63,341 nt of DNA, filler included, from Sminthopsis crassicaudata (GCF_048593235.1; 3 parts of 3 records of this genome joined end to end with filler, not necessarily neighbours in it); one strand, 5' to 3'; positions 45,517-59,630 are shown, numbered from the whole stretch's first letter. The notes: generated by a model not told the origin, from the letters alone. A program made the numbers and translations.

Positions 45517-45640
45517 ACAGACAAACTGGAAAGAAAGATAGATAGATATATAGATAGATGATAGACAGATGGACGGACATATAGATAGAGAGATGGAAAG
45601 ATAGACAGGATAGATACAAAGATAGATATTCTTATATATA
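45517..45640. repeat. (GATA/GACA)n microsatellite at the scaffold end
   Basis: Direct reading. Confidence 0.85.
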
Positions 45641-47689
45641 TTAAGAAAAGTGGGATTCCAATAGATACTTGCTTAAAATATGTTTGGGAATTTTGGCATG
45701 TGTGCCATTTTTCTTTGTTATTCTTATTCCCAGATACTCAGCCTTGGATTTCCCAGGAATCCAAGAGGGACAAATTAGTTCTAAGCAGGCAGGGCCTTCT
45801 GAGCAGGGAATGCTATCAGATCCTGTAATCTCCCCATGGCCAGGGGAATAGATGTGCTTTCTGGCAGACAACTTGCTTATTATTAAAATTCTTGGTGAAC
45901 ATTAGGAAAAGTGTGTTTATGAAAGATTCTGAGTAGTTCTTGGAAGCAGCACTAGAACTTTAAAATGATCTGTTTGGGGGTAGAGATTGAATGTTTATTA
46001 AATACTTAATTGAGAGTGATGCAAGACGAGGTTTAGCAACCTTTCCAACAGGCCACTGGAAGTGTTCATAATCTCTTTCAGTAATGTAGTTGATTGACAG
46101 GCTCACCAGCTCATCTGAAACTCACTCTTAAATACTGCCTCTTCCAAGAAGCCTTCTTTGATTCTCAGATGGAAAATGATCTTTTCTTCCTGAGACCTAG
46201 TATAGCATTTGTTTGTACCTCTCTTGAGCACATATCATCATCATCATCAAAAATCCTCTACCAAATTGTAGCAGAAAGAGCATTGGACTTAGTGATGGAA
46301 GATCTGAGTTGAAATCTCATTTGTTATCAACTAGTTTTATGATCTTGAACAAATACATACATAGCCTTTCTGGATCTTATTCTCTTTATCTATAAAATAG
46401 ACTTACTAATATTACCCTAACCCTCTGAGTTATTAGGAGGAAAGCACTTTATAAACCTTATACCCATGTATAGAAATATAAGTTCTTTCATTCAACAAAC
46501 ATCTCATCTGGTGTGGGCAAGGCACAGTGCTTGGCAATAGGGTCAGAAGGATAACAAATGACATAGATTCTGGCCCCAAGGAATGTTTACATTTTACTAG
46601 GGATTATCCTAGGCTTCCTGAGAGCAGAGATTATGTCACATCATTTTTATATAGTTCCTCTAGCACCAAGCACAGCACTCAGTACAGAGTAGATGACAAA
46701 TGTTGGCTGAAACTAAACATAGACTTTAGGATTAAAAGGGACCTCAGATATCATCTAATACAAGGCTTTTCTTTTACAAATGGGGAAACTAAGGCTCAGA
46801 TTCCAGAAGTTCTCACAAATAATAGATAACAGAGCCAAAGTCATTGTTCACACTCAAGTCCTCTGATGCCAAAGACCGTATACTTTCCATAACACTGAAC
46901 TGCTTCTGTCTCATCAGTCACTAATTTAATCTCTTATCTCAAAACAATTCTGGAAACGCAAAGGCAAGTCATCAACCTACCCAACTAGTCCTAGTAGCAA
47001 AGAGCCAGCTGAACTTCAGTGAAACCCAGAAGCATCCCATCGTCTGACTTTAAGGCAGCACATTGAAGAGAGAAAGTCCCAAGTGGATTTTCAGTATTGC
47101 TTTTCTGGATACACTGAGGGAATAAACAAATGATGTGTCCAGGTACAGTGTGTCATGGACATGACATGAGAGTCACCAGTTATAGGCTCTAATAGAAGAG
47201 CCCAACTCTCATAGAGGAGGAGGATCAATAATCATTTCTAGGAAGAATATTCCATGGTACTTCTAGATCAAAGGTCAGTAATCTCATTTTGTATCATGAA
47301 CCTCTTTGGCAGCATGGCAAAGTCTATGGGCATCTCAAAATAATGCTTTTAAATATATAAAATAAAAATTTATTGGATTACAAAGGAAATTAATCCTATT
47401 GAAATAAAATTATTTTTGCAAACAAGTTCATGAATTCCCCAGGTTAAGAATCTCTGTTTTAGGTAATACCAGCCTCAATATCTTTTCTTCATATTCCTAG
47501 GCTTTAGCACTAATTTTTTTTTATCTTGATGATGACATTATGATGAGTGAGGGGAAATAGGGAGGAGAGAGTAAGGAAGAATGAGAGGAATAAGCATATA
47601 TGATGTGCCAAGCTCTGTGCTAAGTCTTTACAATCCCACTTTTTTTATCTTCTCAATAACCTTGTGTGGTAGATGCTGTTGTTATCCCC

Positions 47690-47820
47690 ATTTCATATGA
47701 TGAGACTGATGTAGACAGAGATTACATGACTTGTCCAGGGTCACACAGCTAGGAAGTGTCCAAGGTCAGATTGAACTTTGAATTCAGCTGTTCTTGACTC
47801 CAGACCCATATCCATGTACC
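47690..47820 (+). mobile_element. MIR SINE
   Basis: CCCATTTCATATGATGAGACTGATG...GACTTGTCCAGGGTCACACAGCTAGGAAGTG. Confidence 0.6.
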
Positions 47821-48804
47821 ATCTCAACGACTTTGGACAGTCCCAAAGGAACTATTTGGTTTTCCACAAATTATCTATAGCATCAATTTTTTGAGCCCAG
47901 CTCATCCTGTATCTGTTAACCACACCACAGCCCCCTGGAATCATTTCAGTTCCTTGTCCTATTCTCTGACAGGGGCCCTGGAGCTTCGGGACACTTCATT
48001 CAGCCCCAGAGAAAGATTAAAGTTAACAATGAACTTGAAGTCAATGTCTCCATGCAGTGGATTATTTCATGTAGTTAGGGCTATTGAAGGAATGGACCAC
48101 TCACATCTTACAAGCTATGCATCTAATAGTGGAAACTTAGAAACCCAACAGGTCTGAATACTGAGATTTCCAAGTGTCCTAGAAGCACTTGGCCCTAGTT
48201 TCTATGGTTAACACATGTGGGTTGGAAATCAAAGTTAAGATGAAGGGGCCTTCAAAGCTAAGGATGGAGCCTATCTTTCATCTGCTTAGGACACTGAGGG
48301 TTTGGATTATAGCCATAATTAAAACAGGAATGATACAGCAACTTCAAGTTCCAAAATACATAGCAATACTTTTTGGAAAATATTATAGGTATGACACAAG
48401 ATAAATACAGTGCACCTAGCTATAACATTTGTAAAAATGTAACATTCATCAAGACACAAACCAGAGGCCTTATCACTGCCAATTTGGCTCTTTTTCAGCC
48501 CAACACAGAGCAACAGAAATTCTTCCAAGGACCTCAAAGTGTTTCTGTCTATCATCTCATTAACCTGGAAAGCTGATATTATTCTTCCCATTTTACAAAT
48601 TGGGAAACTGAGGCCCACAGAAGGGAGGAGATTATTTTTTAGAGTCTTTTAACAGATAAGCAATTATACACATTAAAACACATTTACATATGCATATATA
48701 AGGCAGGAAATTAAAAAGAGAAGTGCAGCACTTTTAGGGATGAGAACCAACTCCCAAAGGAGATATTACTAGAAACTATATCATTTTAAGATGCATAAAT
48801 AAAA

Positions 48805-49030
48805 TCATCCTGTTTTTGCTGTTGTTATTCCTTCATTCTCAAAGAGGATCAAAGACGTTGTGAGGGTATTCCAGCAAGAACATGAATCAGATTTAATGAG
48901 ACAGAGCTGTGCAAAATCATCAGGCTCATTCTGTTCCAGAGTCACAAATGCCCAGTGGACAGACAAAATCCAAAATGACTGACCATACATAGCACAGGAT
49001 GCAGCAGATGACTTTGGCCTTTGTTAGATA
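48805..49030 (+). mobile_element. marsupial MAR1-like SINE
   Basis: GTTGTTATTCCTTCATTCTCAAAGAGGATC...GAGCTGTGCAAAATCATCAGGCTCA resembles MAR1 from memory; a related minus-strand copy lies at about 61965-62120. Confidence 0.5.
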
Positions 49031-50649
49031 GATGGCAAAGTATTATTACTTCCTTTTAAAAATCAGGTCTCAACTAGGATAGTGTTCACTTCTAGGGATC
49101 ATGATTTTTTAAAAAATAGAGACAAACTAGAGTCGTATTAAATGAAAAAAGCTTAATTTAAGGAGGGAAGCTAGGTTTCACCAAAAACATGAAGGGACAG
49201 AAGAAACTTAAATCATGATATTCTAGAGGCTGGAGGCGAAGGGTAACTGTGAAGTGATGTAGACTAGAAATAATAATAACAGGACATTCAAGCACTCTGC
49301 ATGTATTATCTCACTTTGTAAGCTAGGTAATTATAGGTATTATGAACCTCCTTTCACAAATGAGAAAACTGAAGCTCAAAGAAGTCACAATTCTATAGTT
49401 GGAAGAATTTGAATCCAGATCTCTCCTGATTCCAAGCCAATATTCTCTTCTTTTTAGGGCTCACAGGCCCAAGTCCTCAGCAAGAGCAGTGAGACAGTGT
49501 GGTGGTCATTCTCTCCCAGCAAATGCAGACTTCTCCAGGGACCAAGAGCATGGCACGACCAAACCCCAAATTTACACAGCAAATGTGATCTAGTCCCTCT
49601 CAGACAATACACAGCTTGTTCGGCCTCCCTATCTACCTACCCCCCACGTGCTGAGAAACTCTCACACAATTTGTCTATTCCCTCAGACATAGAAAACACA
49701 CACAAATATCCCCCTAAAAAACATGCACTAACATTCATACATATCAGCAAAGCACTCACAGTCATTCTCATAAACCCTCAGGAAAACATGCTTACCCAGC
49801 ATTCTCCCCCACAGACGCAAATACACAGACACAAATTTTGTTGTTCAGTGGAAAGCCAAAAGACAAGGCTGCGTCAACCAGGAGACAATATTTTAAAGGA
49901 GGTCCTGACAGCCCAGCAAGGGAGTCAGAATCAGAGTCTGAAATGGTGTTGACCAGGTTGTATATCTAATGTACAGTATTTCAAAAGAAGAAAAAAACAT
50001 TTCCAAGAACAATGGTGGAAACAGCCCAAAAATGTACTTGGAGAAAACCAAGTGAATTTAGATTTGGATCCAAGTTAAATATCAAAAGGATGAATCAGAA
50101 AAATATATATGAGAGCTTTGAAAAGTTATTTTTCTTTTCAAAGTGAATGGCAGTGTTTCCAGTGGAGTTTCAAGTGCAAAAGAGATGTGTCAAAGGATCC
50201 CGTTGTGGCTTGTGACCATCCTGGAGGGGAAATGATAAAACATTGTTTTGATTATGGGTCTAAGATTGTTTCAATAAACACAGCCCAGAAATCACATTAA
50301 TATCAACTACAAAAATGTGTCTTTCTCTTGCCCTGGACTTCATTTAGATTTTTGTTTTTGTTTTTTAACTCTGGGATACTTGAGATTTCCTGCAACTAAA
50401 GCCTCTTACTTATCCTACTATTAAGTGAAATCCTTTGGGCCCTCCTGATGAACTGGATTGGCCACAGAATTTGGAATCCAGAAGTCTGAGATGGGAATCT
50501 GGTCTCTGATCCTGTGTGACCCACCAAGTCACTCTCTAAACCTCTGTTGTGTCTCAGTTTCCCCAGTGATAAAGTGAGGATCACAATACTGGTAGAATCC
50601 GAGTTGTTGTGAGGGTCAAAGTGAGATAATACAGGGAAAACACTTCTTT

Positions 50650-51120
50650 TTTTTTAAAGTATTTTATTTTTCCCCAGTTACACGTAAAAACAATTTTTAA
50701 TGCTAGTTTTTAAAACTTTGAGTTCCTTCTTCCCTCTTTACATGTCCCATCATCATCTCATAGAATATATAAGCAATTCAATAGAGGTTATACATGTGTA
50801 GTTATGCAAAACATTTTTATAAGTCATGTTATGAAAGAAAATATAGACCAAAATAAAAACAAAAAACAAACCCTTAAAGAAAACAAAGTTTAAAAAAAAC
50901 CATGCTTCAATCTGCATTCAGCTATCATCAGTTTTTTCTCTAGGGATGAATAGTATTTTTCATCATAAGTCCTTCACAGTTGTTTTGGATCATTGTATTT
51001 GAGAATAGTTTTGTCATTCATGGCTGATCATCTTATAATATTGCTGTTACTTTGTAAGTACATTTCACTTTGCATCAGCTCATGGAAGTCTTTCCAGGTT
51101 TTTCTGAAACCATACTGTTC
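50650..51120 (-). mobile_element. old L1 3' UTR / ORF2-end fragment
   Basis: Similar to the 5908-6400 fragment (TCATCAGTT...GGATCATTGTATTT...CACTTTGCATCAGCTCATG). Confidence 0.55.
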
Positions 51121-51189
51121 ATCGTTTCTTATAGCACAATAATAGGGAAAAGCACTTTTGAAAAGTATGAAAAACACTTGAAAAAAATC

Positions 51190-51606
51190 TTAAATTGCAT
51201 GCTGATCAATTCTAATGGACATTGCTCTTTATAAAAGTGGGGTGATTCAGGCCAGGTCCAAATATCTTATGCTGAAGGGAGCCATCTACACCCAGAAAGA
51301 GTACTGTGGAGACTGAGTGTGGAGTTCAACATAGTATTTTCACCTTTTTATTGTTGTTTGCTTGAATTTTGTTTTTTCTCATTTTTTTTTCTTTTTGATC
51401 TTATTTTTCTTGTGCGCCATAATTGTAAAAATATGTATAGAAGAATTGCACATGTTTAACAAATATTGGATTTCCTGCCTCCTAGGGAAGGAGGGAGGAG
51501 GAAAAAAGAAAAAAAAATTGGAACACAAGGTATTGCAAGGGTGAATGTTAAAAATTATCTATGCACATGTTTTAAAAAATAAAAAGCTTTAATCAAAAAA
51601 AGAAAA
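51190..51606 (+). mobile_element. L1 3' UTR fragment with A-rich end
   Basis: CATCTACACCCAGAAAGAG...GGAACACAAGG...GAATGTTAAAAATTATCTATGCACATG...AATAAAAAG parallels the 3' UTR at 7740-8150. Confidence 0.7.
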
Positions 51607-51890
51607 AATTAACCATCTAAAATTATCTTTTGACAGCACTTAACACAGTATATGGCTTAATAAATACCTTCTTACTGACTAAAAACATAATAATACATGG
51701 ATATAAATAGAGAACTACAAATGAAAAATCAGCCACAAAAGAATGATTCAATTCTAAAATTGAGGTTTCCAACAGATATTTTTCCAATAGTTTTAGTTTC
51801 TGAAGAAAACTATAGTGGTGTAGCTCTTTCCAAGGCAAGCTGGTACTATATATCTTCTGCTGTCAGTAAAAATCTGTTCTTAGCAAAAAA

Positions 51891-51892
<2 letters not shown>

Positions 51893-51932
<40 letters not shown>
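51893..51932 (+). repeat. pure A40 tract
   Basis: Direct reading. Confidence 0.95.
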
Positions 51933-51935
<3 letters not shown>

Positions 51936-52256
51936 AAAGTGTGATACAGAAACAGAGGTTAAGTAAGTTATTTTTATAATTGTTAGCTTAGAATTAATAA
52001 GTTACTAAGATAACATAGTTATTACTTAGATAGATGTTAAACTTGTTATTATAAACTTGGAGGTTTGGTGAATTTTCCAAGCTCCCAAATTAAAAGGGTA
52101 AAGAATGAACTCATTTCTTCTGACTCTTTATTCAGTGCTCTTTCTCCTAATCTACAATGCCATATTTTACAAATAAGTAAACTACACTCTCTAGTGGTTT
52201 AGACTCTGTCTAGGTGATCTTGTGAGCTCCTATTATCTCCTCTAAACACATGACCC

Positions 52257-52406
52257 NNNNNNNNNNNNNNNNNNNNNNNNNNNNNNNNNNNNNNNNNNNN
52301 NNNNNNNNNNNNNNNNNNNNNNNNNNNNNNNNNNNNNNNNNNNNNNNNNNNNNNNNNNNNNNNNNNNNNNNNNNNNNNNNNNNNNNNNNNNNNNNNNNNN
52401 NNNNNN
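52257..52406. other. assembly gap (N run)
   Basis: 150 N. Confidence 1.
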
Positions 52407-53829
52407 AGTAACGTGACTTTCCATGATCCTATTTGTGGTTTCCTCAGCAGAGGTACTGTTTTGCCATTTCCTTTTTCAGTTCATTCTACAGATGTGGCAG
52501 AATTAAGTGACTTGCCCACGATCACACAGCTAATAAATATTTGAGGGTAGATGTGAATTCGGGTTCTCCTTACTCCAGACCCAGTGTTCTATCCACTGTG
52601 CCATGCATGCATATTCACATGAAAATGTGTATATATATATATATATATATATATGCATATGTGTGTATAAATATATATGTATATACATATAAACATATAT
52701 GTGTGTGTGTATAGATATGTGTTTGATATAGATGTAGATTTCTAGCCTCAGGGTATCATCTAAATTATAGTCCTGAATTCAATAATTAAGGAAACTAACT
52801 CTCAAGGGAAGTGGCTTCACTAAGCTTATATGAGAAGTTAGTAGCACAGAAAGAATTTTTTGCCTATGTTCTCTAACCTCAGATCTAGTACTCTTTCTAT
52901 TGGACCCTATTGTCTCTCCTGTACCACCCTGGTACATGTCAGAGATCTGTGATCAGAATACTAGCCATTCCTCATCACCCCCAACTCTGACCAGAACCAC
53001 AGAGCTTTTGCTATTATGAAGATATGCTTCTTTTTTATAGAAATCCATCTTTTTTCAAATTTAAAATTTTGCCTACAGTTGGGGAAAAGGAAAAGGTAAT
53101 TTCTAGAGCCTTGACACAATTTTAGTCCTCCTTCCTCTCAACCTGCTGCCAAATACTAGATAAAGTTGGATTTAGACGCCACAAAAAAAAGAAATGGAAT
53201 GGGTATTTGCGTTAGAATAATCCTCCTCCATTGTATGAAACTGCGTTTGACTCAGACTAAAGCCAGCTCTGATGAATATACATCAAGTTGCTTTATAATT
53301 TTTAAATCCTATCATCTGAAACCTTTCAAATTGCTAGGAAACCATCCTCAAATTATTAGTGCTATCTCTGTTCTCTAATTACCTTGCTTTTACCATTGTA
53401 AAAGTATGATTACTCTGCAATTTGCCATCTTGGAGAATTGCATAGAGGCAATTCAAGGTTAAATGCCTTGCAGAGGTCCTCACAGTCAATACTTGCTAAG
53501 TTAGCACTTGAACCCAGGTTTTCTGCCTCCAAAGCTGCCTCTCTGACATATATGAGTGCTTAAAAATTATCTGTTGGATTGAATTGAACTCATAGGCTTA
53601 TAGTTCATAGATTTAATGGACCAACTTTAGGGACCACCTAGGCCAAACTCTTCATTTTAAAGTTTGGTAAACTGAGGCCCAGAGGAGTTAAGTGACTTAC
53701 CCAGAATCAGACAAGTAATGAGTAACAGAGCTGAGTTTTGATCCCAAGTTTTCTAACTCAAAGTCAAGTATTCTTTCAACTTTATTACTCTGAACCTGGT
53801 CCTATTTTATTTAGCAGTTTTATCATTGA

Positions 53830-54720
53830 CTTGGATAAATGCATAAAAGAAATTTTATCATTTTTTAAAGATGATAAAGGGTATGTATAAAGATAAATGG
53901 TATGTAACATGTTTGGATGACAGAATACATATCTAATAAGATATCAACAGAGCAGACTATTAAACCAAGCCTGGTAAGTTAAATTTAATGGCACAACTTT
54001 ACCAGTACAAAATGAGAGAAGCTTGGCTAAAGAACAATTAGTTTAAGAAAGATCTAGGTTTATTTTTTATTGTTGTTCTGTTGTTTTGGAGGTTTTGTTG
54101 TTGGTTTGGGGGTTTTTTTGGTGGGGTTGGAGAACTATACATTTGATATGAGCTAATAATGTGCTGTTGTAGACAAGAGAACTAATGCAATTTTGGGCCG
54201 CATTAAAGAGGCACCCTGTCCAGAATTTGGAAGGTGTTTAGCCTGCTATATTCTATCCTATTTAGATTAAATTAGAAGTATTATGTTACTTCTAGGTGTC
54301 ACATTTTTAAGAAGCATCATTAGGCCAAAAACTTTCAGAAAAGAGCAAACAGGAAGGTAAAGGGCTTTAAGATCATGTGACACAATGACCCACTAAAAGA
54401 ACTGTGGTTGTTTAACTTGGAGAAGAGTATATACATAGAAAATGCCAGTTGACTTAAGTATTTGAATGGTTATATGGAATAGGGTTCGACATACTGTGCT
54501 TGATTCAAAAGAGTAGAACAAGTAACAATGAGAGGAAGTTGGCAAAACAAAAAGGTGGCAAAACAAAAAGAAAAAGAAAAAGAAAAAACTTCCCCAAAAT
54601 TGGTTCTCCTAAAGTAGAGTGGGCTCTTTAGGAAGTAGTAGAATCTATTCTCAGTAGAGGTCTTCAAACACTTTAAGAGGAGTTGTTGTTCAAGCATGAA
54701 TTGGGACTAGATGATTTCTC
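53830..54720 (+). mobile_element. CR1/L3 LINE remnant
   Basis: Degenerate reverse-transcriptase C-terminal motifs (KDDK.., KFN.., YS.L....EY.V...) and a CR1-type 3' end; boundaries approximate. Confidence 0.55.
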
Positions 54721-54789
54721 CAGCCCATAGAATTCTGATATACTAGTCTGTGATTCCTCTTTCTCCATCCTTTAAAACCTTTTTAATTC

Positions 54790-55530
54790 TGAGTTCCAGA
54801 CCTGTTATCTCAAGCTGTCTACAAGATATCTCTGCCTAAATGTAGATATGTCCAAAATGTGTCTGACACAATATGTCTAAAATCAAGTCTTCCCCTTAAA
54901 TCAATTCCTCCTTGTAACTCTTTTTTCTTGTAGCATTTCCAGTTATCTCCACTCCTATGTTTGAAACCTTAAAGTTGTCTTTGACATTCTCACTTACACC
55001 ACTGCCAGAATAATCTTTATTATCCATATGCTCTATCATATCCCTCCTCTACTCAAAATCTTCAGAGGCCCCATATTGCCTATCAAGGAAAGTTCAAACT
55101 TCTCTGTCTGTTAGCCAAGGCCCTCCACAATCTAGTACCACCCAACTTTTCCAATTTTATCTCATATTACTCTTCACCATGCACACTGCTCAAAATGATT
55201 TACTCCCTGTCCCCTAAACATGCTATTTGTCTCCTCATCTCCATGTATTTGTTTACACTGTTTTCTATTCCTGGAATGACTTCCCTCCCCCTTTTGGTCT
55301 GACGAATTCCTGGACATTCTTTAAAGTCCAGTTAAATGCTATCTCCTCCATGTTACTGACTAGTTCTCCTCAGTCTGTTATTAAACAGACTTCTACTTCA
55401 GTCTGCACAGAGCACTTTATTTTCCTACGTTCTTGTGCCTGCACCTTATAATACTGTGCATTTTAGTAACCTCTGTTTATACCAATCCCCTTACTATAAC
55501 TTCATGAGGACAAATACTATGTCTTAGCTA
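54790..55530 (-). mobile_element. L2 LINE remnant
   Basis: CCACTGCCAGAATAATCTT...CTCAAAATCTTCAGAGGCCCC...GCCCTCCACAATCTAG...CCTGGAATGACTTCCCTCC L2 pattern. Confidence 0.55.
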
Positions 55531-58500
55531 AAGGTTAGACAGATTTGTATTGTTACTATATAATTTATGAAGATGGTTGGTTCAAATGCAGCATTGACAA
55601 TTATCTGATTGGAGATCTGACCCACTTTGATTTCTGCCTTTGAGGGGAGCTTCAGAAGGTGGACTATAGCTGTGTGTTCGCTCCTTCCAAAGAGGTAGTG
55701 GACTAGAATTATATCTATCATATTTCAAATATTTCTAGTCAAGGCGTACAATAGGTTCAGAATGAAAAAAAGACCTTATTCCTGATAGCTTTCAAAGGGG
55801 GAGGTGCTTAATAAAAATATCACCACCTTTTCTCCTTTGCACTGATGCTATTTACACAATAGACCATCATGAAAAGTGACTGAACCTATTTCCAAGGAAA
55901 ACACTAAACAGAAGTTAGGGGGATTTTACAAATTACAAGAGAACAAAGAGTACACAATAGTAAAGGAACTCTGAGTGAAAGAGAAATAAAAGTCAGATCA
56001 ACCAAGGAGGCAGAAAATGATCTCACCAAGAGGAGTCCATTCTCAAGTCTCTGAGGTTGTGAGTACTAGAAGTCAAAAGACCGGATGGAGAATTTCCCTT
56101 TCTGTGCTCCTGAGGGGCCCAGCAGTTTTTCAAAAATTCACACTTGCTTCTTATAAAATTCTCTCTTGAATCCCTTTTCTGAAATGTGTTTTCCAATAAT
56201 CTCCCCTTTATACCTATTTTCCTCAGCATTCTTTCAACCAATAAGGGATCCTATCTCCCTTCAAGCAGAAATCTAGGACAATTTCTGCAGGGGGGAAAAT
56301 AAAACCTATCTCTCACCCTCAAAGGGAGTATTACCTGGATTCTGTGTCTCCCTTTACAATGCTCAGTACATAGTAAGAACTTTGAAAATATCATTGGGGA
56401 TGAGTAGAGAGGGAGTGTAGAATCCTTAAATATAAAGATTCTATGTGAGCAGATTGATTTCAGAAAAGGGGAAAGACATGAACTGATGCTGAATGAAGTG
56501 AGCAGAACCAAGAGAGCATTGTACAGCAATATTGTATGATGATCCACCTAGGTAATCCTCAAACCATCGATAAAAGAGCTTCACTAGACCTATTCAATTA
56601 TTCTTGGATGGTTTGATTTGCCAGAAGTTGTACTAAACTGGTCTATCCTCCAGAAACCTAGAGAGTGATGAAATATTAGAAAAAAATTTCAGTGGAGGAG
56701 ACACCCAAATATTTGCTTAAATGATTTTTTTACAATAATGGTAATTATTTAAAATTTCTCATCATTTTATTTTTAAAAAGCACTTTGTATACATTATCTC
56801 ATTTCTGACTCTTCAGCCCTATAAGACCATCATAATCAGCCTGTGAGGTAGGCTGTATAAGTATCATTATCTTCATCTTATAGTCATAATCCTGTGAGGT
56901 AGGCAGAAGATAAAACTGTTCTCATTTTACAGATGAAGAAACTGAGATTCAATAAAACTTCCCCTTGTCACACAAGGGTTAAGGCTCCTAACTCTAGATA
57001 TAGTTTTCTTTCCACTATACCATAGTTGGTATTGTGCCATAATTATATTCAAATAAAGACATAAAAACCTATCTATCTCTAATAAAGTGGATCAGAGATA
57101 AATTTAGAAAAAACTGTCATAAGAACTCTTTGCAACTGGGGCAACAAACACTATCTACTTCACTTAAAGATTTGATGGGAAATTATGAAAGCACAGCATG
57201 ATTCTTTCTCCCTTCCTAGAAGGGAACATATGCATGTGTATACCATGAGGATCATCTGAGGAAGACATCTGTTTAGCATCATTGTCCCTATGTACGCATT
57301 CCCAACACTTTCAGAATTAAGAACATCCTATTCCTCTGAGATCTACCTAGAGCTTGACTATGCTCACCATCAACACAGGAAGGAAAAGGTAGGTGCCTGG
57401 GATTGTGGAAACTTGGGTTGGGGGAAAGAATAGATTAAAAAAAAAAGAAAGGAAAAGTTGAAAAAGGTAAATGGCATAAAATCCACCACCCTTATCATAT
57501 TATTGGCTTCCTGAAAATAAAGACACATAGCCCTTTGGTACCACCATGCTCTGAGACCTTATTGCCTCACCAACTTCCAAGTACCACAGGACTGACAATG
57601 AAAAATCATAATAGTTCCTGATCCTTTATATTTGTTTAAGACAACATGACTCAAAAGATTTTTGCAGTTCCTTCCAGATTGATAAATAAATTCATTCAAA
57701 GATAAATAAATGTAATCTTTATAGAAAAGACTGAATACCACAAGGATTTTTCTAACAATAGATTCATAGAGCTGTAGCCAGACATGCTTATCTGGATATA
57801 AACTTGAGGTAGATGGTAAAGCAGAGACGACTTACTCCCTTCTCTGTCCTCTGTCTTTGGAATGTGAACATTCCCCCCAGTTACACCTTTTCTCCTCCCA
57901 TAGGACAATTCTAACTTCATAGTCACTCTTCAGCTCCACCCAGGAGACTACTTTCTCAGGGCAAGCGTGATAGAAAGGGGAAAACAAATAAGGCTACATA
58001 CAATGACAGCCCAGCCTTGTCCCAGACAGCAAAATGTTATTCTAATTCGTCTTTAGACGAGGGCAAAGGAAGAAACACATTAAGTTTGGTTTGATTCTGC
58101 CTTTTGGGAAGTATGTTTTTTAAAATTACTAATAAATCATAACTTTAGATTCTTTCTTTCAATTTACCTCAACCTCCAGAAAGGGAGAAAAACTTGACAT
58201 TTTTGGACCAGGACTCAAACTACAACCCCTTCCATAGCTCTGCATACCAAAAGCCAACACTTTTCCTCTCTGCTTCAGTCCCTCCCAACTCAAAAACAAG
58301 TAAGACAACACAGAGATCAAGAGCAGTTAAATCACTCTGATTTGTCTACCCAGCAAAAGATATTCGAGCTACTTAAACAGAAATTAGAAATTAACTTGAC
58401 AGAACAGAATAAATGTTGGAAACAGCTTCTGCCTTACTTGGCAAAGAGAAGGCAGAGAGAAAGAGAGACTCTCCTCCACTGTATGATAACTCTTCTCCCA

Positions 58501-59029
58501 AATGTAAAATCAGGACCACCATCCCTCGTTACTAAAAATAGAGACAATGCTCCAGTAGTTCCCACAGATTATTATATCTCAATTCTCAGAGCCCCAATGT
58601 CTAGCCTTCTATTCTAGCTACTATTCTATCTCCTCATTCACAAAACAAGTACCATCCTTCTGCCAGTGCCACAGCCAACTACTCCTGCCTCTGCAACAAT
58701 GCTCAGTTCATAAGATCAGACCCAATGTTTGTGCTTTCACAATCATATTCTATTCATAGTTCATGGTAGTCTCAGTTCTTCTCAAAACTTTCTGTCCAAG
58801 ACTACAACTCCCAGAAATCCATAGTTACATTCCACTTTTATGAACCTGAAAAAAGAGTTCTCTCAAAAGCTGGCTACAATTGAAAGCAAACCTACAGATC
58901 ATGTAAACAAACTACTCATTCTAGACATGAAGAATAATGATAAATATAACATCTTGTACTTATGCTTAAGAAATTTATTTCATAAGTAAAGAAGAATAGA
59001 AGGAAAAATATGGTCAGATAATATTTTGT

Positions 59030-59630
59030 CTGATAAAGAGCTGAAGGTTAGAGTGGATTGCAAAATTAATATGAGTCAATAGTGTGTCATGAGGTCAAAA
59101 AAGCTAATGAGATTGTAGCTTCATTGACAAGCATAATTTCTATAAATAAAGATGTGTTAGATAATCTGTCCTGTTCAAACTACATTTGAAGTATTGTTTT
59201 TAGTTCTGGAGAGCACAGTTAAAGAATGACTTAGATAAACTAGAGAGAAATCCAAAGGAAGGCAGTCAGAATGGTGAAAAAACTCAAGTCCACACTATGT
59301 AAGGATCAGTTAAAGGAACTAGAGATGTTTAGACTACAGAAAATGACTCAAGGAAGATATGATAGCTGCCTTCAAACATTTAAAAGGTTACCATGTGGAA
59401 ATAGAAGAAAGCTTGGACTGTTTAGCACTAGAAGGTAAAACTAGAGGTAATGAGTAGAAATTGCAAAAAAGACCATGTCAGGGAAAGCTTCTCATAAATA
59501 AAATGGATGGCCCAAGGAGATGGAACTCTCTTCATTGAAGATCTTTAAGCAAAAGCTAAATAGCTACTTGTCATGTATGTTCTACCGGGAATTCTTTTTC
59601 TAGTATGTATTGGACTAAATAGCTACTGAG
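59030..59630 (+). mobile_element. CR1/L3 LINE remnant
   Basis: GTCAATAGTGTGTC...AAAAAGCTAATG...CAAACTACATTTGAAGTATTGT...TTCTGG...ATAAACTAGAG CR1 pattern. Confidence 0.55.

Noticed and set aside
46097-46109. 13-nt ACAGGCTCACCAG match to recalled human GFAP exon 7a
   Set aside because: It lies at the edge of an L2-like remnant, with no acceptor or extended similarity.
47973-48157. ERLKLTMNLKSMS resembling the GFAP delta/epsilon exon 7a peptide (ENHKVTRYLKSLT from memory), in the right splice phase
   Set aside because: The match is short, DNA similarity is poor, and GFAP exons 7 and 8, which must flank it, are not visible in this block.
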